Assembly: GCA_048213135.1 (NCBI GenBank)
Contig: PS015127.1
Location: 84,473-119,070 of the forward strand
Direction: 5' to 3'
Source of the DNA: Reclinomonas americana ATCC 50394
Taxonomy: Eukaryota
DNA length: 34,598 bases
Positions 12,882 to 24,394 of this stretch are shown here, piece after piece (the stretch's first letter is position 1; each line of letters begins with the position of its first letter). A program made the translations under genes and the position numbers. The notes beneath the pieces are model-generated. The model saw only the letters and a list, made by a program, of their open reading frames with translations, did no database searches and had not been told where the DNA came from.

Positions 12882-14837
12882 ATCATCCGAGTGAACAACG
12901 TCCACCCAGCCTTCATCCTCCTCGTCACCGTCCATGTCCTCATCCGAGAACCCATCAGCATCATCGCCATCGTGCATACCGTGCTCTGTGTAGAATAATC
13001 ACCCGGCAGTCAGTCAGAGTGTGAGGAAAACTTCTCTGCTCCACTGCATACGCACCAGCCTTGTACTTCTCCAGCAGTTGAATGTCGTCCAGCAGCGACG
13101 AGCTTGCCTGTGCGGTGGAGCCGTACACCGGCTGCTTCTCGAGATCAACATCACGTCCCTGTCCGCACAAAATCGTCAGCGAAAAGGCACCGGTGGAAAA
13201 CGAGACCTGGTGGTCGACACGCACCCGATCTTTGCGTTGCAAAAGTGACGGATTGACGGTGCGGAAGAGCTGCAGCAACGACCTCGCCGCCATCACCACG
13301 CCCTTGTTCTTGTAGTTGCGGTAGCCGACAAGATCTTGCAGCAGCACGGCCTCCATGACCAAAGGTTGGCGGGCGGAGATTTCGCGAATCGTATTCAACC
13401 TGCTCCACAGTCAGTTCTCTGCAGCGCACACACAACGCTGTCACGTGCACAATTGACAAACCCCAATGCAATGACTTCGGGCATGTTGCGGTCCACGACA
13501 AACTGGTTGGCAATCGTTTGCACCAACGGCAGCAGTGTGTCGGAGGGCACCAGCGAGTGCGTGGCCTGCACGGTGCACGCCATCAACTTGGTGACATCTG
13601 CGCGTGGAGTGAGCGAGAGCGACAAACTAGATACGCACACACAGACACGCACGCAACGTTCTTGTGACGGTGAGAGGTACTTTTGCAGGGTGGAATAGAA
13701 CGGCAAGAGGATCAACTCGTGGCTGCCAATGAGACGCGAGATCAGATCCAGGTACAGCAGGCGCACTTCGAAGCCGTCTTTGCTGCTCTTCAGGCGACCA
13801 AACAGCTTCTCCGCAAACTCTGTGTGTGTGTGTGTGCATACAGTGAGCAGTGCGCGAGTCACACAAGAACTCGGTGCAGGCAAGCGACGAAACTCTGTGG
13901 ATCATGCAGCAGCTGGATGGCCGACTGATTCACCGTCGGAGCCTTGACCTGGCGAGCACGGCGCTTGACCTGTCATGCAGAAAAAAACTTGAATCACACG
14001 CGACAAGCTACCTTTCTCTCTCTCTTTCTCTCCACACCACACAAACACACCTGCCCCATGGCACGCCGCAGGCGCGACTCCTTCTTACGCGTCATCTTCG
14101 AGCCGACACTGAACGAGCGCATCACATCGGCAATGGCAGCACCGCTGTTGACCTTGCTCGGCTCATCATCGTCGTCATCATCGCTGCCGTCGTGCTCCTT
14201 GTGCTGCGCGGCCGCATCGGACGAGCCGAGGAAAAAGTGCAGCGCAGCCACCGTCACACGCGCATGCGCCGAGAAGCACGCATCGCTAATGACCGCCACC
14301 GATCGCTCGTCACACCACACTTGCCGCTTCCACAACTCCAACACGATGCGCAGGCACGTGTGCGCCTGCTGCGGATGATCCTCCTCCATCACTCGGAAAA
14401 ACGGGGCTTGCAGCGCGCGGTTCAGTCGCGTGTCTTTCGAGTGGTGATTGATGCGGCTAATGTCGCTGACAATGTGCGCGTGCACCTGCTTGCGCACGTT
14501 CTTGTCGCTGAGCTTGAACAGCGGCAGAATGACTGGCATGCGCACGTGAGACAAGAAAGAGAAATGTGAGAGAGGCTGGGGAGCACGAAACTCGGCAGGA
14601 TCGTCTCCAGACTCATCATCTTGCGATTGCGCAGCATGAGGAGGTTGGTGACCACAGCGCGGCGTGTTGAGCCACACATCAAGTCGGCCTTGTCTGTCAG
14701 CAGCTTGTACAGCTGAGGCCGAGAATGATCAGTCCATGAGTGACGAGTGTGAAGAGAGAGAGAGAGAGAGAGAGACAAGTGCGCACCATCTCTGGCAACT
14801 TGGCGGCCCACTCGTGCTTCTGAAAGTGCGGCGCCAT
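12882..14837 (-). CDS. SDA1: SDA1 (SDAD1) 60S ribosome biogenesis protein; both ends in gaps
   Basis: Motifs 'LMLRNRK', 'DKNVRKQVHAHIVSDI', 'ELWKRQVWCDERSV', 'SAIQLLHDPQKFAEKLF', 'LISRLIGSHEL', 'QATHSLVP', 'IANQFVVDR', 'GLNTIREISARQPL', '[30 protein letters not shown]', and an acidic 'GWVDV' region. Confidence 0.95.
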
Positions 14838-15084
14838 CTGTTCTCCACAAGAGAGAGAGAGAGAGAGTGAGTGTGTGTGNNNNNNNNNNNNNNNNNNNNN
14901 NNNNNNNNNNNNNNNNNNNNNNNNNNNNNNNNNNNNNNNNNNNNNNNNNNNNNNNNNNNNNNNNNNNNNNNNNNNNNNNNNNNNNNNNNNNNNNNNNNNN
15001 NNNNNNNNNNNNNNNNNNNNNNNNNNNNNNNNNNNNNNNNNNNNNNNNNNNNNNNNNNNNNNNNNNNNNNNNNNNNNNNNNNNN

Positions 15085-16442
15085 GCGTGTTGGTCGCAAG
15101 CCTGGTGCGATCATCTCTCCCCTCCTCTCTGTGCCTCCTGTGTGGGCGATTGCTGATCTCTGTGTGGTGTGTGTAGGACTGGCGACGATCTTGGTTGGGC
15201 ATCGGCCGGACTCGGCCACGTATGTGCGCGCCAAGCGACGTGCTGCCGAGGTCTCAACTTGTCTTTGCCTCCTTTGCTCATTGTGGTCTGTGCTGACGAA
15301 CAATCCGTGTAGGAGTGCCACTTTGTGGATCTTCACGAGAGTCTGCCCGACAACACATCGCAGGCGGAGCTTCAGGAGATCATTCGGTGTGTGCTGAGAG
15401 GGGAGGCGTGTGTGCGTGTGTGTGCCTTGATGTGTGTGGCTTACAACGAGAGTAATCCCGATCAGACAACTGAATGCCAACGATATGTGCGACGGAATCC
15501 TTCTCCAGCTGCCACTGCCGTCACATCTCAATGGTGCGCGTGTGTGCTTGTGGATGTGGGGCGTGTGGGGAGGACGGTGGATCACCGTGTGGCGTGAGAT
15601 TCCCTGATTCTGACTCGCTGGTGTGACGCACAGAGCGTGCGGCGATCATGGCCATTGATCCGAGCAAAGACGTTGACGGCTTCCACCCGATCAACTCCGG
15701 ATTGTTGATGCAGAAGCAGGAGTGCTTTGTGCCGTGCACGCCAATGGGCATCATTGGTGCGTGTGTGAGAGAGAGAGCAATTGATGATCCCGATTTTCGC
15801 CGTTCTCTAACGGACACTCGATGTGTGTATTTTTCCGCTTGTCGCAGAGTTGTTGACGAGAAGGTGTGGTGGCTTGTGCTCCATCTCTCACGCGTGTGCT
15901 TTGTGGTCACGTAGCACTCATTGTTATGCTCCCACAGTAACATCAAGATCGCCGGCGCACACGCTGCCGTGATTGGACGATCGAACATTGTCGGGCTGCC
16001 GGTGGCCATGTTGTTGCAGCAGCGCAACGCCACGGTCACCATCTGCCACTCGCAGACGCCGAACTTGCCGGAGGAGGTCAGCCGCGCCGACATTGTGGTG
16101 GCGGCCATTGGCAAGGCCTGCTACGTGCAGGGATCGTGGATCAAGCCGGGCGCCACTGTCATTGACGTGGGCATCAACGCTGTGCCCGACGCGACCAAGA
16201 AGCGCGGCTACCGCCTCGTCGGCGACGTCGACTACGATACGGCCAGCAAGGTGGCGGGTGCCATTACTCCCGGTATGTGTGCTGATCTTTATAGGTAAAC
16301 TTGCTGCTCTGTGTTTTGACCCCCTTGCCCCTCAGTGCCCGGCGGTGTCGGCCCAATGACGATTGCCATGCTGCTCAAGTCGACTCTGTGGGGTGCTGAG
16401 CGGCGCGTGGCTCTCACCGAGGCCGACTTTGAGGCGGCGTGA
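15085..16442 (+). CDS. folD: Bifunctional methylenetetrahydrofolate dehydrogenase/cyclohydrolase; 5' end in gap
   Basis: 'PGLATILVG...DSATYVRAK', '[10 protein letters not shown]', 'KDVDGFHP', '[11 protein letters not shown]', '[11 protein letters not shown]', 'ATVTICHS', 'VIDVGIN', 'GDVD', '[17 protein letters not shown]'. Seven GT-AG introns; stop TGA at 16440-16442. Confidence 0.97.
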
Positions 16443-17027
16443 GCGTGCGCGCAAGCTGGTGTTGCTTGTTTCTCTTTCTGAGTGCCGCCACTCCTTTTGT
16501 TGAATTGTTGTTGTTGTTNNNNNNNNNNNNNNNNNNNNNNNNNNNNNNNNNNNNNNNNNNNNNNNNNNNNNNNNNNNNNNNNNNNNNNNNNNNNNNNNNN
16601 NNNNNNNNNNNNNNNNNNNNNNNNNNNNNNNNNNNNNNNNNNNNNNNNNNNNNNNNNNNNNNNNNNNNNNNNNNNNNNNNNNNNNNNNNNNNNNNNNNNN
16701 NNNNNNNNNNNNNNNNNNNNNNNNNNNNNNNNNNNNNNNNNNNNNNNNNNNNNNNNNNNNNNNNNNNNNNNNNNNNNNNNNNNNNNNNNNNNNNNNNNNN
16801 NNNNNNNNNNNNNNNNNNNNNNNNNNNNNNNNNNNNNNNNNNNNNNNNNNNNNNNNNNNNNNNNNNNNNNNNNNNNNNNNNNNNNNNNNNNNNNNNNNNN
16901 NNNNNNNNNNNNNNNNNNNNNNNNNNNNNNNNNNNNNNNNNNNNNNNNNNNNNNNNNNNNNNNNNNNNNNNNNNNNNNNNNNNNNNNNNNNNNNNNNNNN
17001 NNNNNNNNNNNNNNNNNNNNNNNNNNN

Positions 17028-17867
17028 CCCTTCGGCTCGATGCGTAATGAGTATCCCTCCGCCGCAAAGTCATACTCGGTGGCCGCCGTCGCATGCTCCG
17101 GCAAGTGATACGATACCACCGCCTGCGGCTTCTTCGACGACACAATCACCGCCGCCAGCGGCGCCACCTTGCCAAACAACATGCGCAGAATCGCCTCTGT
17201 CATCGGCGTACTCTTCTTCCACTTGACGGCCAGATCGCACGTGTACGCATCCTGCTCCGTTTTTTGCCGCTTCAACATTCGCCTGGCCACCTCCTCCGCC
17301 GCCTGCTCCGACTCCATCTGCAACCGTCGCTTGTGCATCTCCATGCGCATAATCTCCTCCCGCGCCTCCCGTCCCAGCCCGGCCTCGCGCTTCTGTCGCT
17401 CCACCTGCGCCTGCGCCGCCTCCTGCTCGCGCTGCTGCAGGCGCTCCAGCATCTTCCGCCGATCGCCATCCTGCTGCGCAAACTTCTCCGCAATGCGTCG
17501 CTTCGCCTCGCGTCGTCGATCGTACTCGGCGCGCTTCACGTCGTCCTCGAGGAACTCGAGCACCTTGCGCAGCTGATCGAACTTGTCGGCGGCCTTGGGA
17601 TCCGGATTGCGATCAGGGTGCCATTTCAGTGAGACCTACAAAGAGAGAAAGAGAACGAGAGAGAGAGAGTGAGTGATGACAGGCAAAGGTGCGATACATG
17701 CACATGGGTGCATGTGTGTGTGTGTGTGAAAGAGAGAGAGAGAGAGAGAGGGAGAGTTGATCATTGACCTTTCTGTACGCGCGAGACAACTCGTTCTTGG
17801 TGGCTCCTGGCTCGCACTCCAGGATTGCGTACAGGTCCATGGCCAGCAGCTCGTCATCGGTGGTCAT
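17028..17867 (-). CDS. DNAJC17: DnaJ homolog subfamily C member 17 / Cwc23 (J domain, coiled coil, RRM-like); 3' end in gap
   Basis: J domain 'DLYAILE...AYRKVSLKWHPDRNPD...RAEYD' with one intron, then 'RRKMLERLQQRE' coiled coil and an RRM-like region 'LAVKWKK...LRMLFGKVAPL..VIVS.KK..AVVSY'. Confidence 0.85.
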
Positions 17868-17984
17868 TCGCGGTGTGTGTGTGTGTGTGCGCGTCAAGCA
17901 GGAGAGATTGTTGTTGTCTGCATGAAAATTCGAGGCTGCTTACCGTTGCGCTTTAATTCACTCATTGTTGGAGCAATCACGTGC
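17868..17984. promoter_or_regulatory. Putative compact bidirectional promoter (117 bp) between DNAJC17 and the Cep57-like gene
   Basis: Divergent ATGs at 17867 (-) and 17985 (+); AT-richer core with GAAAATTC at 17924. Confidence 0.45.
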
Positions 17985-19713
17985 ATGGATTCACGGACGG
18001 TGCGTCTGCCGCTCTTCTCTCACTCTACGTGTGTGCTCGTGTGTGTGTGCATGGAGCAGCGATGCAGCGCAGAGAGTGCTGTCTCGTTGTCTTGGTCGCC
18101 GTTTTTCTTCTGTCTGTGTACTGTGTTCTCGCAAGCACGCGTCCGGCGGGTTTCTGAAGTGGCTCTTTCGCACACTCACAGAGTTCGAGTGCCAACACAA
18201 CTGCGGAGCTCAACGAGCTGACGCACGCCATGAAGGGGTTTGAGCACGAGGTCCGCCACCAACGCCTGCATGCGATCTGTCTCGCTTCTGTTCACTCTCT
18301 CCCGTCTCAGCGATCCGAGTTTGATCGTTTTGGACTGGAAGACAGCGGGCTGGGCAGGTCTGATGGTGGGCGGCGAGTGTCGCTGAGCGCACTCACCACC
18401 AACAACAGCAAGGGTGCGCACGATTGCTGTCGCTGCTGCTCTGCCTTCACTTGTCCCCGCTCACCATGTGTGTGGTTCTCAGCGGTACTGGCCGCGCTGC
18501 GTGCGCTGCAAGACAAGATCCGCAAGCTCGAGTCGGAGAAGCGCTTCTACGAGGAGACATTGACGGAGACGAAGCGCAATGCGGAGGCTGTGCGTGAGGA
18601 CTTGGAGACTCGCATGCGGGAGCACGCTCAGAGGGAGGAGATTATCCGGAGAGATCGCGATGCACTGCAGCGTGATAGGAATGGTGGGCGTATGGCGGAG
18701 GGGAGAAGGGACAAGAGAGGGGAAAGAGAGGCGGAGAGTTGAGAGGGACATCGGAGGGGGAGTGAGAGCGAGTGCGTGAATGTGTGAGAAAGAACAGTGT
18801 GCTTGTCACGAACGAGAACACGCTGTCTGTGTGTGTGTGTGAGAGAGAGAGAGACTCTGTGTAGTGTCATGAGGGAGAACGCGGTGTAAGAGACAGGAGC
18901 TGTGCAATATCACGAGGGAGAACACAGCGTGTGTGTGAGAGCGCGGAAAGAGCTGAGCAATCCTGAGAGGAGAACAGTGCGTGTATAGAACGATTTCACT
19001 CGTGGTTCTCATGCGATGCCTCGTGCAGAGCTGGCCATGGCGCTGACGTCGGTCAAGGAGCAAGTGATACAATTGGAGACGGAGCTGCGGTACCTGCGGG
19101 AGGTAACCGAATCGACAACGCAGGAGAAGCGAGTGGCAGAGGTACTCGGCAACTCTTGTGTGAGTTTTAAGTGGAGCGCTGACCACTCACGGAGTCTTGA
19201 CACGACGCAGGCAAAATCATCGTCAAGCGAGCAGCGGATGCAGCGGGTCATTGATGAGAGCGGTCGGCGTATCCGGGAGCTGGAGCAAAAGCTGTCGTCG
19301 GCCGAGGATCGCGCACAGACAAATGAGCGACAGGTGAAGCAGCTGCAAGATATTTTGAATCACGAGACTACCACAAGGCAAGAGAGCGAGGCGCAGCGCG
19401 AAAAGGTTTGTGCGCGTGTGTGTGCAGATCATGTGAGCAAACAGCGTGCACTTTGCTGATGGGTGCGCCACGCAGCTCGACAAGGGCATGCGCGAGTTGT
19501 TGCAACTCAACGAGTTGCTGGTGACCAAGCTGACCATGGTGGAGGAGCAAAGGACAACAAACGCCATTGCCTCGGCCTCTGCAACACTGGCAGGTGGAAA
19601 GCGTGGGGTGCGTGAACAATAATGCCCTGCCATCCCCCCTCTTCCTCCCCATGTCACTCACTGTGTGCGAGCAGCGGAAAAAGACTAAGAAGAGTGCACC
19701 GCGCGCACCGGCT
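17985..19713 (+). CDS. Cep57-like centrosomal coiled-coil protein; 5' exons uncertain, 3' end in gap
   Basis: Spliced 'TNNSKAVLAALRALQDKIRKLESEK' closely resembles the Cep57 centrosome-localisation domain ([22 protein letters not shown]), followed by long heptad coiled coil. Confidence 0.65.
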
Positions 19714-20123
19714 NNNNNNNNNNNNNNNNNNNNNNNNNNNNNNNNNNNNNNNNNNNNNNNNNNNNNNNNNNNNNNNNNNNNNNNNNNNNNNNNNNNNNNN
19801 NNNNNNNNNNNNNNNNNNNNNNNNNNNNNNNNNNNNNNNNNNNNNNNNNNNNNNNNNNNNNNNNNNNNNNNNNNNNNNNNNNNNNNNNNNNNNNNNNNNN
19901 NNNNNNNNNNNNNNNNNNNNNNNNNNNNNNNNNNNNNNNNNNNNNNNNNNNNNNNNNNNNNNNNNNNNNNNNNNNNNNNNNNNNNNNNNNNNNNNNNNNN
20001 NNNNNNNNNNNNNNNNNNNNNNNNNNNNNNNNNNNNNNNNNNNNNNNNNNNNNNNNNNNNNNNNNNNNGAGCACTGGGCACGCAACGATTTCAACCCCGT
20101 CTCCACCAAGAAATACAACTCAC

Positions 20124-23100
20124 CTCGTGCAACTCCCGGCGCAAACCCGCTGCATCACGGGAAGACTCCTCGCGCTCTCGTGTGCACGTCTGCAGTCGCT
20201 GATCGAGATCGTCAAAGGCCTTCAACGTCGGTCGCTCCTCCAGCTCCCGTCGACACTGCGACAGCGCCTCCTTGGTCGTGCTCAACTCGCTCTCGGCCTG
20301 ATCACGCTCGCTCGTCACGCGTTCCAGCTCGGTCTTCAATCGATCCCGTTCCGTCGTCGTGCGGTCGAACTCGGCACCGAGCAGCAGCTTCTCGGTGGAC
20401 ACGCGCTCCAGATCCGCCGTCAAGCGCGACTTGTCAATTTGCGCAAACTCCAACTCGGCGGCAACTCGTGCCTTCTCGCCCGTCACCCGGTCCAGATCGC
20501 TGGCCAGGCGCGCTTTTTCGCCATTGGCAAAGGCCAGCTCCGCCGATAATCTCGAACGGTCGCTAGTGGTGCGTTCGAGTTCCGACAAGAGTCGCACGCG
20601 CTCCATGGCGATGCGGTCGGTGGTGTCGGTGGCATCGTCACGAGCGGCAATCAGCTGGTCAAATTGATTGCGCGTGAGCTCCTCCATTTGCTTGGCGGCG
20701 CTGCGCTGCCGCTCGATTTCCGCCTCCTGACGCGAGATCGTCTGCGTGCGTGCGCGCGCAAAGTCAACACTTCGAACACTACGGTGGCACAGAGATGAGA
20801 AGTACACACACCTCCTGTTGCTCGGCGTTGAGGCTGCGGTTGCGTTCCAGCTCCGAGGTCACCCGATCGAGCATGGCCGTTTGCTCTTCGAGTTGCGAAC
20901 AAACATCGTCCTTCACCTGGCGCAGCTCGCGCATCTCGACCGTCAACATGCCACACCGCTGCGTGTACTCTTGCAGCTGCCGTTCGAGCTCCGCCACTTG
21001 ACGCCGTCCACCACCACTACTGTCGCCATGCCATGCCTCGCCCGAGCCATCCTGCATCAGCGACGCACACAATGTCACGAGAGGCGACGAGGAAAGGAGA
21101 ACAAGGAGAAAGAGAGACCGCAACGTACCTTGCTAGCAGCCGCGGCAGCCGTGGTCTTGTCCAGCAATTGCTGACGCAGTGTCAAGACTTCGCTGGCCAG
21201 ACGCGCCTTCTCGTCCAGCCGCTGCTGCAACTGGGCACGCATCGCCGTCAGCTCGCGCTCCGACTCGCCATCCACACGCTCCCGCTCCGAGCGCAGTCGA
21301 GCGACTTCGCGACGCAGCGATTCCACCTCCTCGCTGACCACGCTGGTGTGCACCAACTGTGACGGTGGTGGTGGGGCAGTAGTGGCGGCGGCGGCGCGTG
21401 ACAACGTCGCCCGCTCGGCTCGCCGAGCCTCCAACTCCACGCGCAACGCCTGCGCCTCCGCGCGAGCCTTCTCCACCTCCTCCACACACGACACGCGCGA
21501 GGAGCGAACCTCGATGCGCAGCGACTCGAGATCTACCCGAAGCGCATTGTTTTCGCGGCGCAGCTGCTCCTCTGACCGCTGCAACGACTCGAGATCGGCG
21601 TGGAGACGTGCGTTCTCGCGCCGCATGGCGGCCGACCGATCCGGCGAACCGTTGCTTCCTGCGCCCATCGACACGTCCATCACATCCGCCGCATTCCTCT
21701 GGTGCTGCTGCTGTTGTTGCTGCTGCTGCTGTACGCGCAACGCCTCCAACTCCAGTCTCATCAACGAGTTCTCGCGTCGGAGTGCTGCGAGCGCAGGTGG
21801 TGACTGCGGCGAGGTGACGAGCGATGACGGTGACGAAGCACCGGCCGCGGCGTGATTCTGTGCATACATCCGCTCATTGTCGGCCGTCAGTCGCGCAATG
21901 TCACCCTGCTGACGCTGCACCAGCAGCAGGAGGCGGGCATTTTCGGCTTTGCCGCTGCTCCACTCTGATGACGGTGAGGACGACAGACGTGTGTGAGTGT
22001 CAGGAGGGAGAGGGAGATATGAGTGCCAGCAAGACCTTCGTAGTGCTGCGTGGCCGTTCGAGCCGTCTGCTGTGCCGCGGTCTGCATGTTCTCACACGTC
22101 AGCATGGTGCGCACGTACGAAGGCAATAGATCTTCGACTCACCAACTGCGTCTGCAACCGTTGCACCTCCTGCTCCAGCTGCGCTACGCGTGCCCGATTC
22201 GTGTCCTCGCGATCACCGTTCCCGGACGTATCTGCGTTGCATAGTGAGGGGCGATTCTGGTGCGAATCGACCGCGCTCGAGGAACACTCACCTCTCTTGC
22301 TGTGTCGCAGTTCGTCTTCAAGCCTGCACACCTCATTCTGTGTCAGCATGCCATCTCTATTCTCCTCCCCTCCCCACTCTACTCTACAAACCGTCGCACA
22401 GTCTCAGTGAGACGCTTGCCGTCGGCGCGCGCAGTCGACACTGCCGCGTCGCGCTCGTCCAGCACGCGCTTCAACACCTCCACCTCGTCCCTGTAAAACT
22501 CCAGCGATTTGCTCTGACCAACGAAATGAGTCCGCTGATCGTAACGACTCAAGCAACATCACCACAGCAAACCTTTTCCTGCATCAGAGCCTCCAGTCGA
22601 TGCAACTCTTGCATGTCGGAGGCCCGTCGATTGGTGCGATCTTGCAGCTCGGCCAGTTGCCGCCGCAATTTTGTACACCTTTCGCACGGATGAGTCTCCC
22701 ATTACTCTTTCTCTCTTTCCACTCCCCAACTTCATACACCAACCTCTTCTCCACATCGTCCAGCTCTGCGACAGCATCGTTGCGCTTGGCGTCGGCTTCG
22801 GCAAGCTGTGTGCATGCACGCCACAGTGAGCCACCTTTCTGTCTCTCTCTTTCCACCGTCATCTGTCGTACCACGCACCCGATCTCGCATCGACGACAAC
22901 TCGGCCGCACACGAGGCACGCACGCTGTCGAGCGTACTCTGCAGCGCCACGATCCTCTGATCTCGTTCGCGAATCGCCTCTTCGTAGTCCAACTTGCTGC
23001 GCTCGAATTCCTCGTGCTTGGTGTGCTTCTTCTCGGCCTCCAGTCTGTGACTCCCACGAGTTGAGCGACGCAGGAGTGGTCAGCCTCAAACACTCACACA

Positions 23101-24101
23101 CAACCACACACCGCTGCACGACGCGCGTCAATCGCGACATTTCATCCACCGCCCGTTTGCGTTCCATGTCGGCGCGCTCCTTGTCCTTTTGCAGCGTGGC
23201 AATCTCCTTAAAGTGCTGCGTGCGCAACTCCAGCAGCTCCAAGTTCTTCTCGCTCAACTCGTTGCGAATGAGCATCACATAGCTCTTCTCCACCAGATTC
23301 GACGAGCGCTCTCCGTGGGGCACCGCTTCGTGCTCCACCGGCGAGTGATGCCGTCTTGCAGCTCCGCCGGCACCCGACGACGCCGCTACTGGTGGTGGCT
23401 GTGGCGGCGGCGGGTGCGACGAAAGCGGAGCAGATGCCGACGGTTGTTGTTGCGAGGCTCCCGCATGGCCTGTGCAATGCATGAGACAGACAACTGCATG
23501 ATCGCGAGGGCACGCACGCATGCCAACCATTGCCAAACGCATCCAGCTCGTACAGATCGCGCTGCTCCAACGCATCCCCGGTAAACAGTGGCGACGAGGC
23601 TCGCACATGCATCACTGGCGGAGGCGAAGGATCGCGAGATCGCCGCGACGACGGCTGCTGTTGCCTCGGCGGCAACATGCCAGCTGCGCGCACTCAATCA
23701 GCACGCACTCCTCCCTCTCTCTCTCTCTCTCTCTCACACAGTACCTGTTTCTCGTCGATACGACGGCTGCGTCTGCTGCTGGTACGGCTTGACAGGCGTG
23801 ACCGCGTCATTGAAAAAGTACTTGTCAAGCAAATGCGCCTCGCGCGGTGCAAATCGCGACAAGAACGCGTCCTTGTCGATCTCAGGAACACTCAGAGGCA
23901 CACCAGCACCGCCTCCACCGCCATTCGTCGCCGACCCGGCAGACGATCGCAAACTGTGTGATGAATGAATGACAGAGAAGGAGTCCACATCGCTTTCGCA
24001 GGCACACACGCTTGATCGTTGCATGCGTGCGCATGTGTGCCTCTGTGTGCGTGCGTACGTGTATGCGTGGGTGTTGCTCGTGTGTGTGTGGCTCACCTCA
24101 T
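20124..24101 (-). CDS. Large coiled-coil protein of unknown family; 3' end in gap
   Basis: About 13 GT-AG introns join E/R/L/Q-rich heptad exons in frame, starting from ATG AG|gtgagc at 24101 (MSLRSSAGSATNGG...). Includes poly-Q and 14-aa repeats. Confidence 0.75.
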
Positions 24102-24394
24102 TCGTTCCCGCCGAAATCGTCACTGATCGACAGCAGCGATTGCGTGTGCGTCTCACTCTCTCACACACTCACGCACAGTCGCCCTCCACTGTGACACTGA
24201 TCACTCGCCAAGCGCGGCAAAAGACAACTTCGAGAAGAGGGCGAGAAAAAAAGTCACGAAATTTCACTTTGCATTTCACAACACAACAACACATCGCGGC
24301 TGAGAGCAACCGTTTTTGTCTTCTTTGTGCGTCTGTGTGTGTGTTTTCCTCTCCACTGTGCGGTGTGAGAGAGAAAGAGTAAGAACCAGACGCG

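Noticed and set aside
17028-17867. Link between the splicing factor DNAJC17/Cwc23 and the unusual donors
   Set aside because: Adjacency only; Cwc23 acts in spliceosome disassembly and nothing in the visible sequence ties it to donor selection.
11245-23550. Donors G|GTTGGT, G|GTTCGT, G|GTTTGT and G|GTTGGC as members of the shifted class
   Set aside because: They begin GTT but keep G at +5, so they are normal-register donors.
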